From an uncultured Actinomycetes bacterium (GTDB taxonomy: Bacteria > Actinomycetota > UBA4738 > HRBIN12), in NCBI GenBank assembly GCA_963704725.1, contig OY969934.1, positions 2,816,001 to 2,880,000 of the forward strand: DNA of 64,000 nucleotides, written 5' to 3'. The first letter of the stretch is position 1, and every line of letters begins with the position of its first letter. Positions 19,368-28,222 of the stretch are shown one piece after another. Both the position numbers and the translations under genes were made by a program. The notes under the pieces are model-generated. The model had not been told where the DNA came from. It made no database searches and was given only the letters and a program-made list of their open reading frames with translations.

Positions 19368-21023
19368 ATGTCGATCACCGGTCCACTTCACCGACGGGCC
19401 CGAGCGCTCACCGTCATCGCGCTCGTGGTGGCCATGGCAACCACGTACACGGTGGCTCGCGCATCGAGGCGACCCGCCGTCCCCTACAGCGATCGCTGCA
19501 CCGCCGGCGCCCCCGACGCCGACCGGGATCGGCTCCCCGACTGCTGGGAGCGCAAGAACGGGCTCGACCCGAGCCGGGCGGACGCCGGGACCGATCTGGA
19601 CCGCGACGGCCTCCGGGCGATCGAGGAGTTCGTCCTCGACATGCGCGGGGACGGCCGGCCCCTGTTCCCCTACCGGGCATCCGTCCGCGACAGCAACGGC
19701 AATGGGACGGCGGACGGCGATGAGGACCTCGACGGGGACGGGCTCTCCAACAGGTCGGAGCTCGAGAACGGAACCGACCCGTTCGATCCGGCCGATCCGC
19801 CGACGGCGGGCTCCAGGCCGAAGCCGAGCCCGAGCCCCTCGCCGACGAAGCCGCCCCACGGCCCACCTCCGTCGCCGACCACTCCACCGACCCCGAGCCC
19901 AACACCTTCGGTGCCGCCATCGCCGTCGCCGTCTCTGCCTCCGAGCCCCGGCCCCACGCCGGGCCCGTCGTCGTGCGCCACCCCGCCGAGCTCGATCGCC
20001 TCCGACGGGTCGCACGACGTGCGCGCCGAGCTGCAGGCCTTCATCGACGGGGTCCCGGACGGATCGTGCATCACGCTTCCCTCCGGGGCCAGGTACCGCG
20101 TGGACGACACCCTGTACCTCCGGGAGCGCCACGACCTGACGATCAACGCCGCCGGCGCCACGATCTTCACGGACACGCTCGACCCGATCAACCCGGACGG
20201 GAAGGGCGGGGGGAGCTCGGACCGACGCCAGCTCCAGATCCAGGGTGGGTCGAACATCACCCTGGACGGCCTGACGATCGACGGCCCCAACCCGACGGGC
20301 GCCTACCTCCAGGAGCGTGAGCCCGAGGCGGGCCTGGCCGTGCAGGGAACCCAGGTCGCCCTGCTGGCGAACCTCACGATCCGAGAGGTCTACGGCGACT
20401 TCGCGGTCATCACCGACTACAACCCTTCCCCGGGGAACCCCGCGACGACGATCCCCGCCCGGGGCGTCGTGCTCACCGGAGGCCATTTCGAGGTGGCCGG
20501 GCGTCAGGGCGTGGCGATGACCGGCAACTCGGAGAACACCACGATCGACGGCAACAGCTTCCGCGACATGTCCCGGTCGGGGATCGACATCGAGTTGCTG
20601 CCCGGCCGGACGGTCTCCGACGCCAGGATCACGAACAACGTGTTCCAGGAGTTCGGCCTGAACTGGATCGCGATGGGCGGCCGCTCATCGGTCAACGGCG
20701 CGTACTTCGGACACAACCGGATCGTCGGAGACACGATGCGCCTCAAGATCGGGCCTCCCGCCGGCGTGTACGGCGTCGTGCACCAGCACCTGACGTTCGA
20801 CGGCAACACCTCGGACGTGCTCGCTCAAGGCGACACCGCCCTGTTCAGCTTCCGGTACGTCAACCACGTGCTGATCGTGGGCAACGTGCAGCACTTCGCC
20901 CCGAACACCGCCGGCGTGATCGTCTCGGCGGACGGCGGGTGCGACTACACGGTGGAGAACAACGACTTCGCCGGCATGACGACGATGTTCGCGACGCCGC
21001 GCCCGCCCGCCTGCTCGGCCTGA
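19368..21023 (+). CDS. Secreted protein: Ca-binding DxDxDG repeats, Pro/Ser/Thr linker, right-handed beta-helix
   Basis: ATG after GGAGGAG; signal peptide; DADRDRLPD, DLDRDG, DSNGNG, DLDGDG; PSPSP linker; NITLDG/TIDGNSF/ITNNVF strands. Confidence 0.72.
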   Translation: MSITGPLHRRARALTVIALVVAMATTYTVARASRRPAVPYSDRCTAGAPDADRDRLPDCWERKNGLDPSRADAGTDLDRDGLRAIEEFVLDMRGDGRPLFPYRASVRDSNGNGTADGDEDLDGDGLSNRSELENGTDPFDPADPPTAGSRPKPSPSPSPTKPPHGPPPSPTTPPTPSPTPSVPPSPSPSLPPSPGPTPGPSSCATPPSSIASDGSHDVRAELQAFIDGVPDGSCITLPSGARYRVDDTLYLRERHDLTINAAGATIFTDTLDPINPDGKGGGSSDRRQLQIQGGSNITLDGLTIDGPNPTGAYLQEREPEAGLAVQGTQVALLANLTIREVYGDFAVITDYNPSPGNPATTIPARGVVLTGGHFEVAGRQGVAMTGNSENTTIDGNSFRDMSRSGIDIELLPGRTVSDARITNNVFQEFGLNWIAMGGRSSVNGAYFGHNRIVGDTMRLKIGPPAGVYGVVHQHLTFDGNTSDVLAQGDTALFSFRYVNHVLIVGNVQHFAPNTAGVIVSADGGCDYTVENNDFAGMTTMFATPRPPACSA

Positions 21024-21039
21024 AGAGCGCGATCGGTCG

Positions 21040-21068
21040 ACCCCGCCCTCGGCGCTCGGGGGCGGGGT
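21040..21068 (+). terminator. GC-rich stem-loop downstream of the secreted beta-helix gene
   Basis: ACCCCGCCCTCG-gcgct-CGGGGGCGGGGT, 12-bp stem with one G-U pair, no long U tail. Confidence 0.45.
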
Positions 21069-21146
21069 TCCACCGGCGAGCATCCCCGGAGAAGGCGCCG
21101 GTCGCGAGGGCACGTCCCCGCGGACCCCGGCGCTCCCGTCACGTCC

Positions 21147-21161
21147 CGTAGGAAAAACACG
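21147..21161 (+). promoter_or_regulatory. Operator-like site upstream of the collagen-tailed Tat protein
   Basis: CGTAGGAAAAACACG, one mismatch to GTA-N7-TAC. Confidence 0.4.
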
Positions 21162-21251
21162 TAGTCCAACGCATCCTTGGAGCGGTGCCCGCTCGATACG
21201 GTAGGTTGCTCAAGGCAGCGGCGAGGTAACCCCCCGACAAGGAGCCGGCTC

Positions 21252-21914
21252 GTGACCGATCGAGACACCCAGCCCCATCCCATCAGCCGCAGGCAGGTCC
21301 TGCGTGGCGCCGCGGTCGCTGGGGCCGTGGCGTGGGCGACGCCGGTGATCCAGTCGATCAATCCGACGCGTGCGTACGCGGGGACCCCGTCGCAGCAGTG
21401 CTACTCGGTGATCATCGACGCGAACGGGCAGTGCGTCCCCGTCCAGAACGCCGCGGCGTACAACTGCGTCACTCCGGAGCTCGGCGAGACGGACGGATGC
21501 GGCTTCGTGAGCGCGAGATCCGGCCCGGGTGGCGTCACGGTCGCCGTGGCCGAAGGGGTCCAGGTCGTCGACACGGGAACGAGCTCGGACGGGAACTGTC
21601 AGCCGGCGCTGTCGTCGGCGGACGCCCGGACGTGGGCGTTCTCCGGAGCGAGGGCCGACACCACGTCGCAGGTCGAGATGGTGGTCTGCGTCCCGATCGG
21701 CGGGGTGACCGGCCCCACGGGCGCGAGCGGTGCCACGGGAACCACGGGTGCCCCCGGCGCCCCGGGAGCGGACGGGGCCGGACCCACGGGCGCGAGCGGC
21801 GCGACGGGCTCCAGCGGCGCGACGGGCTCCAGCGGCGCGACGGGAGCCAGCGGCGCGACGGGCCCGAGCGGCGCGACGGGAGCCAGCGGCGCCAGCGGAA
21901 CGACCGGGAACTGA
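21252..21914 (+). CDS. Tat-signal protein with 6-Cys domain and C-terminal collagen-like G-X-T/S tail
   Basis: GTG after AAGGAG; SRRQVLRG...WATPVIQSI...AYA leader; [10 protein letters not shown]... triplets. Confidence 0.75.
   Translation: MTDRDTQPHPISRRQVLRGAAVAGAVAWATPVIQSINPTRAYAGTPSQQCYSVIIDANGQCVPVQNAAAYNCVTPELGETDGCGFVSARSGPGGVTVAVAEGVQVVDTGTSSDGNCQPALSSADARTWAFSGARADTTSQVEMVVCVPIGGVTGPTGASGATGTTGAPGAPGADGAGPTGASGATGSSGATGSSGATGASGATGPSGATGASGASGTTGN
21795..21893 (+). repeat. 18-bp tandem repeat (AGCGGCGCGACGGGnnnn, five copies plus a partial) encoding SGATGx
   Basis: Units start at 21795, 21813, 21831, 21849, 21867. Confidence 0.9.
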
Positions 21915-21951
21915 CGGGACCGACGCGGCCGGCGGCGCGCGCGTGCCGCCC

Positions 21952-22878
21952 TCACCTGCGGGATCGCGCCACCTCGCGTTCGGGCGAGTCCCGCGAGGCG
22001 CCTCGGACGACCTCCAAGACGGATCGAACGGCCTCGTCCAGGTCGTCGATCCGGATCCGGTAGCATCGTGCGCCGCCGATCACGCGGCCGAGCAACTCGA
22101 TCCCCGCGGCGCCGAACCGGTCCAGATAGAAGGCGTTGCGGGCCATCACCATGAGCGCCTCGGCGCGGGCGATCGGCTCGAGCTCACCACCCGCGCCGGC
22201 CTCGTACCTCGGCGCGATGACGAACCGCACCGGACAGGGCCGTCCGAGAGCCCTGGCCCGCAGGTCGCTGGGCCGCACGTGGAACTGACGGCCCGTGGTC
22301 CATCGCATCCGGCTCGACTTCTCTTTGAACACGGCCTCGACGGAGGGCTTCGCCAGCCACAGGGACCGGGGGAAGGGCTGGAGCAGGCCGGTCCTCGGGT
22401 CGATCAAGGCCGCCTCGTCCGTGAGGTAGGCGCATCCGGCGCGCGTGAGCCCGGCGACGAGCGTGCTCTTGCCCGAATCGGGCGGCGCGGGAAGGACGAT
22501 GCCCGAGCCGCGCCACGACGCCGCGGCCGCGTGCACGGCGAAGAAGCCGTGATCCGAGCCGATCGCCTTCGTGCTGATGTCCCACAGCGTGAACTCGAGG
22601 ATCCGCGAGGGCGTTCGGCCGCGGTGCAGCGACGAGCCGTTCAGGTACACGGCCCACGGCTTCTCCTGCCCCGGCTCCCGGCGAAGCTCGTAGACGGGGA
22701 CCTCGGGGCCCACGTCCACCTCGAAGGGCGCGAGGAAGCGCCGGAGGAAGGCACCGAGCCGGGGGGACGCCACGATTCGGAGCGGATAGGCGAGGACCCG
22801 GTAGCGACGTTCGATCGACATGGGTGGGGTGGCTGGTAGCGCGACGATACGCGAACCGCGCCCGGGGGCGCCGATCAT
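21952..22878 (-). CDS. HPr kinase-related P-loop kinase
   Basis: AVHAAAA, LPAPPDSGKSTL, GCAYLTDEAALID, PFPRSL; alternative start at 22821. Confidence 0.82.
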   Translation of the reverse strand: MIGAPGRGSRIVALPATPPMSIERRYRVLAYPLRIVASPRLGAFLRRFLAPFEVDVGPEVPVYELRREPGQEKPWAVYLNGSSLHRGRTPSRILEFTLWDISTKAIGSDHGFFAVHAAAASWRGSGIVLPAPPDSGKSTLVAGLTRAGCAYLTDEAALIDPRTGLLQPFPRSLWLAKPSVEAVFKEKSSRMRWTTGRQFHVRPSDLRARALGRPCPVRFVIAPRYEAGAGGELEPIARAEALMVMARNAFYLDRFGAAGIELLGRVIGGARCYRIRIDDLDEAVRSVLEVVRGASRDSPEREVARSRR

Positions 22879-22896
22879 CGGCGCGGCTTGGCAGTG

Positions 22897-23277
22897 TCAG
22901 GTGCAGTTGCAGGGCGTGCAGGGGCTCGCGCTGCACGAGCACGAGTTCAGGCCGGAGTCGAAGTCGTGATTCGCGTACCCCTGGCTGCGGCACAGGGCCT
23001 GGCAATCCGCGTCGTTGTTCGGGACGAGCGGAGGCGCCCCATTCGCTGCGCAGCTGCAGGCGAGGACGCCGGCCTTCGTGGGGCGCCAGCAGTAGCAGCA
23101 GTAGAACCTGGCCGAGCCCTGGACCGTGTGGGCGTAGGCCGGCTTCGCGATGCTCTGAACGGCGGGAGCCGCCCACAGGAGCGTGCCGCCCACGATCGCA
23201 CCGCGCCGAAGCAGGTCCCGGCGCGAGAGGCCGGGCTCCTTCCCCGGGTCGATCTTCTTCGGGGCGCGGTCCGTCAT
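22897..23277 (-). CDS. Small Tat-signal Cys-rich protein (12 Cys in a ~77-aa mature part); candidate modified precursor
   Basis: ATG after AAGGGGAG; SRRDLLRRG...WAAPAVQSI...AYA leader; CCxC, CxC, CxxxC, CxC, CxxCxC. Confidence 0.75.
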   Translation of the reverse strand: MTDRAPKKIDPGKEPGLSRRDLLRRGAIVGGTLLWAAPAVQSIAKPAYAHTVQGSARFYCCYCWRPTKAGVLACSCAANGAPPLVPNNDADCQALCRSQGYANHDFDSGLNSCSCSASPCTPCNCT

Positions 23278-23310
23278 CGGGGACTCCCCTTCGCCGCTCG
23301 TTCCTGGACC

Positions 23311-24549
23311 CTACGGTGCGTCCTCGCCGAGCCGGATGGGCTGTCCGTCGTATCTTTCCTGCGACGGCCCGTGTGACTTCTCCTGCCCCAGGTGGGCGCG
23401 GATCCGGGCGACCGCCTCACCGAGCCGCTCGACGTGAACCGCCGTCATGTCCGAGGTCAGGGGGAGCGCCAGCGCGGCCCGTGCTGCGGCCTCCGTCACC
23501 GGGAGGTCGACCCCGGCCGCGAGGGCTCGGTACGCGCGCATCTGGTGAACGGGCGGAGAGTAGTAGCGCCGGGTCTCGACCCCCTCCGCGGACAGGGCCT
23601 CCGCGAGCTCGTCGGCGGACAGGCCGAACGCCGCCTCGTCCACGAGGATCGTCAGGTCCTTGTACGTCGAGCGGTCCTCGCCTCGCACGTGCGGGAACCC
23701 GATGCCGGGGATCGCTCCCATCACGTCCCGGTACCGCGCCGCCATCTCGCCCCGCTCGGCGATCCGCTCCTCGAGGTCGTCGAAGGACGCCAGTGCCAGC
23801 GCGGCGTGCAGCTCGGACATCCGCGCGTTGAGCCCGACGAATCGGCAGTCGTAGTCGCCGGGGTTCCCGTAGTTGCGCCCGATCCGGCAGCGTTCGGCGA
23901 GGAGATCGTCGTTGGTGGCGATGATCCCCCCCTCGCCGGCGATGAGCGTCTTGGTGGGGGTCATGCTGAAGACCTCTGCGACGCCGAACCCCCCGACCTG
24001 CTGACCCGCTCGCCGCGCGCCGAACGCGTGTGCCGCGTCGAAGAAGAGCCCGATGCCGTTTCGGCTCGCCACCTCGGCCAGCCCCTGCACGTCGCAGGGA
24101 GCCCCGTACAGGTGCGTGGCGAGGATGGCCGAGACCCGCACGCCGATGGCGCGCTCGGCTGCGGTCGGGGAGAGCGTCAGGGTCCGGGGATCCACGTCCG
24201 CGAAGACCGGCCGCAGCCCGTTCCAGGCGACCGCGTGGGCCGTGGCCGCGAACGTGAACGACGGCACGATCACGTCACCGGAGACCTCCGCAGCGCGGAG
24301 CGTGAGCATCAGCCCGGTGGTGCAGGACGCCACGGCCAGGCAGTGACGGACGCCGAGGTACTCGGCGGCCCGCTCCTCGAGCCGGCGGACGGTCGGACCG
24401 TCGGTGAGCACGCCGCTGGACACGATGCGCTCGAGCTCGCGGGCCAGCGCGGCGGGGTCGGCGAACCGGGGACGCGCGAGGGGCAGGCCCCCGGGGAACG
24501 CCGGGCTCCCCCCTCGGGCGGCGGGCAGGTCCACGGCTTCAACGCGCAT
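23311..24549 (-). CDS. DegT/DnrJ/EryC1/StrS sugar aminotransferase
   Basis: SCTTGL, VPSFTFAAT, THLYG, DAAHAFG, SMTPTK..IAGEGG, NARMSE; ATG 24549 after GGAGGT. Confidence 0.9.
   Translation of the reverse strand: MRVEAVDLPAARGGSPAFPGGLPLARPRFADPAALARELERIVSSGVLTDGPTVRRLEERAAEYLGVRHCLAVASCTTGLMLTLRAAEVSGDVIVPSFTFAATAHAVAWNGLRPVFADVDPRTLTLSPTAAERAIGVRVSAILATHLYGAPCDVQGLAEVASRNGIGLFFDAAHAFGARRAGQQVGGFGVAEVFSMTPTKTLIAGEGGIIATNDDLLAERCRIGRNYGNPGDYDCRFVGLNARMSELHAALALASFDDLEERIAERGEMAARYRDVMGAIPGIGFPHVRGEDRSTYKDLTILVDEAAFGLSADELAEALSAEGVETRRYYSPPVHQMRAYRALAAGVDLPVTEAAARAALALPLTSDMTAVHVERLGEAVARIRAHLGQEKSHGPSQERYDGQPIRLGEDAP
23349..23363 (-). promoter_or_regulatory. Operator-like site upstream of the Cys-rich Tat protein
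   Basis: Minus strand CGCAGGAAAGATACG; lies within the aminotransferase 3' tail. Confidence 0.4.
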
Positions 24550-24643
24550 CCATACCTCCATTCAGGTCGAACGTCGGCATGGCCCCCCACCGTGCCCCAG
24601 GGCACCGTAGTGAGCCCGCCCGCGCCGACCAAGGCTTCGGCAA

Positions 24644-24658
24644 CGTATCTCCCCTACC
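24644..24658 (-). promoter_or_regulatory. Operator-like site upstream of the aminotransferase
   Basis: Minus strand GGTAGGGGAGATACG. Confidence 0.5.
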
Positions 24659-25622
24659 GCGAACGCAGTGGTCCGGCCCGGTTGGCACGCCACAGAAGGA
24701 GAACCCCGGCCGACGCCGCGATCGCCGCCGCGGCCGCGATCGCGGCGGCGGCCGGCGTCGGGACCCTCGTCGCCGCCCACCCCAGCGCGGCCAGCAGGGC
24801 TCCGCCGGCGACCATGACCGCCGTGGACCGCGTCCGGCTCGAGAGCTGCAAGGTAAGGAGGTCGTACACGTGCGCGCGATCGCCCCCCGTCAGGGACTCG
24901 CGCCGGATCGCCCGCCGGATCACCGTCGAGCCGATCTCGAGCCAGAACACACCGAGACAGACCACGACGCCGAGCAGCGCGGGCCACGAGGGTGTGGCCG
25001 ACGCCGCGAGCAGCACGAGGGCTCCGGCGACGGCATACGCCCCGCCGTCGCCGAGGAAGACCCTCGCCGGCGGACGGTTCCACAGCAGGAAGGCCAGCAG
25101 GGCCGCCACGAGCGCGGGGCCCAGCGCCCCGGGATCCCCTTGCGCCGCAAGGATCAGCGCGATGCCGCCCGCCGCGACCATGGCGAGTCCGCCGGCGAGC
25201 CCGTCCTGCCCGTCCACGATGTTCACGGCGTTGGCCAGCGCGGGCACGGCGAGCACGACCGCCGCCTTGCCCACTCCGCCCAGCGGCGAGAACGTCACGC
25301 CCCCCACCGCCATCATGCCGCCGGCGACGAGCTCCACGGCCAGCCGGGCCAGGGCCGGCAGGCCCGCGAGGTCGTCGGCCGCGCCGACGGCGAGCAACGC
25401 AAGGATCGCCGCCACCGACCACAGCGCGGGGCGTTCGCCCACGATGGCGATCGCGGCGAGCGTCGCCGTCGCCACCGCCAGTCCTCCCGTGAGGGGCTTG
25501 GGCTCGGCGTGGATCTTGAGGCCGTCGCCCGACGGTCGATCCACGAGGCCCACCGCCGGCCCCACGCGGGCCAGCAGCGGCGTCAGGACGAGGCCGATGG
25601 CGAGGGCGAGGATGAACGGCAT
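24654..25622 (-). CDS. MraY/WecA/TagO-family undecaprenyl-phosphate HexNAc-1-P transferase
   Basis: VDRP...KIH..P.P.TGG, GAADD, NAVNIVDGQDGLAGG, WN.PPARVFLGDGG, GDRAH. Confidence 0.88.
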   Translation of the reverse strand: MPFILALAIGLVLTPLLARVGPAVGLVDRPSGDGLKIHAEPKPLTGGLAVATATLAAIAIVGERPALWSVAAILALLAVGAADDLAGLPALARLAVELVAGGMMAVGGVTFSPLGGVGKAAVVLAVPALANAVNIVDGQDGLAGGLAMVAAGGIALILAAQGDPGALGPALVAALLAFLLWNRPPARVFLGDGGAYAVAGALVLLAASATPSWPALLGVVVCLGVFWLEIGSTVIRRAIRRESLTGGDRAHVYDLLTLQLSSRTRSTAVMVAGGALLAALGWAATRVPTPAAAAIAAAAAIAASAGVLLLWRANRAGPLRSR

Positions 25623-27431
25623 CGGTAGACGCAGACGTAGCTCGGCACGCCGTCGTGCAGCGCGATCTCTCCTCGCGGCTCGAACCCGACCCGTTTCACG
25701 ACCCGCCGCATGGTCAGGTTGTCCGCCGCCACGTAGCACTTGATCTCGTCCACCCCCAGCTCCTCGAGGGCGAGGAGGGCCTCGAGCGTCAGCTCGGTCC
25801 CCAGGCCCGGGGCGGTCTTCGGCCGGATGCCGATCAGCGTGTGCTCGGCGTCGGGCAGGCCCTCGGTCTGCTCCGGATACCGGAACAGCTCATACGCGCG
25901 GCGGAGGACGCCCGGGCGCAGAAGCCTGGGCGCGGCGCTGATCGCCGCGGGGACGCCGTACCGGAGCACGAACCGCCGCCGGAAGGCGCGCATCGAGACG
26001 GCACCCGACGTGTAGCCGATGACGTCCCCGCCGCGATCGGCCACGAACGTGGGGGTCGTGGGATCGTCGACCAGCGCTCGGAACAGGTGCCGCAGGAAAG
26101 GCTCCCCGAGCATGGGCAGGAACGCCTTCGTCATGACGCCGGCGTGAAGCGTTGCCATGGCCCGGACGTCCGCGCGCGTCGCCGGCCGGATGACCACATC
26201 GCGCAGCCCCTCCAACTCCACCGGCCGCACCCGCCGGCGCCGCTCGGGCAGGAGGGGGCGGTAGACGCCGACCACCCGCGACGCCACGGCGCGCTCGTCG
26301 AAGCGCTCCAGCGCGCGCTCCCGGGCGGCGCGCGAGAGACGGTCGCGCAGGCCGGCGTCACCCAGGAGACGATCGATCGCCTCCGTGAGCCCAGGCGCGT
26401 CGCGGGGCGGCACCAGCAGAGCCTCCACGCCGTCCCGCGCCACCTCGCGGCAGCCCCGGATGTCGGTCAGGACCATGGCCCGGCCCATGGCCGCCGCCTC
26501 GATGGCCGAGCGCGGCATCCCTTCCCGCCACGAGGGGAGCACGAACACGTCCATCAGCGCGAGCAGGTCACGGACATCGCTGCGGTAGCCGGCGAACACC
26601 ACGTCGGAAGCGACGGTCTCGCGCTCCGCGGCGGAGATCGCATCGTCCTTGTCGGGGTCGGACGGCCCGATGGCCAGGAACACCACGCCGGGGCGCCGGG
26701 CCCGGATGGCCCGAGCGGCGTGGAAGAACTCCCGATAGCCCTTCTCCTGCACCAGTCGCCCCACCATGCCCACCACGAGGGCATCGGGGTCGATGCCCGA
26801 GCTCGGCTCGAGCGGCGGCGAGCCGATCGGGATCGACGGCCGCGGCGTCGAACGTGGACAGGTCGGTGCCGTTGCCGAGGTGGTGGGACCTCCCCCGGCG
26901 GCCGATGCGCAGGCGCCGCGCCCACCGCAGATCCTCCTCGCTCTGGTAGAGCTCCGCGTGGCTGAGGCGCGACGCGAGCCACTCAAGGGTCATGACGGGC
27001 ACGCGCTTGCGCGCGGGGTCCTCGGGCGTCGCCCAGAACCCATGGACCGTGTTGACGACGACCGGCACGCCGGCCACCCGCCCCGCCACCCGCCCCATCA
27101 GCCCCGGCTTGGGGTTGTGGGTGTGGACCACGTCGAACCGCCCTCGTCGGAGGATGCCGACCAGTTCGACGAACGCCCGGGCATCGGCGGCGGGGCTCCA
27201 CGCCCTCGTGGCGTTGCGCCACGCGACGTGCTCGATGCCCTCGTGTCGCAGATCGTCGACCCACTCCCCCGGCGCGCTGATCGCCGTGACCTCGAACCCC
27301 TCGTCCCGAAGGCGGCGAAGCTGCTCGAGCAGCAGGAACCGCAGCGTGAGATCCACGGTCGTCACGTGCGCCACGCGGTAGGGCCGCCGCGCGACCTCGG
27401 AGGTGGCCGGTGAACGACCCGTCCGCGTCAC
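25583..27431 (-). pseudogene. GT4 glycosyltransferase-GNAT fusion split by a +1 frameshift near 26797
   Basis: N-half (RVAHVTT, HTHNPKPG, GNGTD) and C-half (VGRLVQEKG, PSWREGMPRSAIEA, then GNAT IRPAT...GDVIGY) lie in different frames, joined at CTC GGG CAT GAC-like GGG run. Confidence 0.75.
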
Positions 27432-28222
27432 GCCGGCGCCCATGGACCCCTGCGGAGCGCCCGATACGCCAGCCGTTCCCCGTCCAGCCGTCCGCGCGCC
27501 TTCGCCCGGAAGAAGAACCCACCGTCGCTGCGCATGATCGGGGTCCGCCCCAGACGGTGGGGGTCGATGCGCCCCGCCCGGTTGGTCTTCCACGCTTCCA
27601 CGGCGGCGGTGGCGAACCGCCGGCGCGCCGTGCGCTCGGCGGCGGGGGACGCTTTGCCCCACGGGAAGGCGAAGTGTGAGCAGCGGGTGCCCAGACGGTC
27701 CTCCACGAGCTCGGCGGACCGGCGCATCTCCTCCTCGCTCTGTTGCTCGCCGGCGCGGGACAGGTCGACGTGTCCATGGGTGTGCGAGCCGACGGTCACG
27801 AGCCCCGTCGAGATGGCCTCCTCGAGCATGGGCCACGTCAGCGCGCCGCCGGGCCCCACCCCCGTGCGAGGGTCACCGGCCTCGACGAACGCCGTCGCCA
27901 GGTACAGGAGCGCCGGCAGGCGGTGCCGGACCAAGCTGGGCAGCACCGCATCGTGGAAGTCGCGGAACCCGTCGTCGATCGTGATCACGACGCCCCCCCG
28001 CGGATCCGACAGGGCGTCCTCCAGCGTCCGCACGCTGCCCTCGGCGGCGAGTGACGCCAGATGCTCGTCGAACAGAGCGCCGGGCACGTCGATCTCCCGA
28101 TCCCCCGCACCCACGCGGTGGTAGCACAGGATCGTGACGTCGCCGGGACGTCGCCGCGTGGCCACGCCGAGCGGCAACGCCGCGACCTTCACCCCCGTTC
28201 GGACCAGGCCCTCGACCGTCAT
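27428..28222 (-). CDS. Polysaccharide deacetylase family protein
   Basis: ILCYHRV, ITIDDGF.D, GSHTHGH, FAFPWG. Confidence 0.88.
   Translation of the reverse strand: MTVEGLVRTGVKVAALPLGVATRRRPGDVTILCYHRVGAGDREIDVPGALFDEHLASLAAEGSVRTLEDALSDPRGGVVITIDDGFRDFHDAVLPSLVRHRLPALLYLATAFVEAGDPRTGVGPGGALTWPMLEEAISTGLVTVGSHTHGHVDLSRAGEQQSEEEMRRSAELVEDRLGTRCSHFAFPWGKASPAAERTARRRFATAAVEAWKTNRAGRIDPHRLGRTPIMRSDGGFFFRAKARGRLDGERLAYRALRRGPWAPA

Noticed and set aside
21795-21893. CRISPR-like array
   Set aside because: Contiguous in-frame 18-bp coding repeats without spacers; no cas genes
22897-23277. Sactipeptide/ranthipeptide/lanthipeptide precursor
   Set aside because: No radical SAM, LanM/LanB/LanC or YcaO gene in the window
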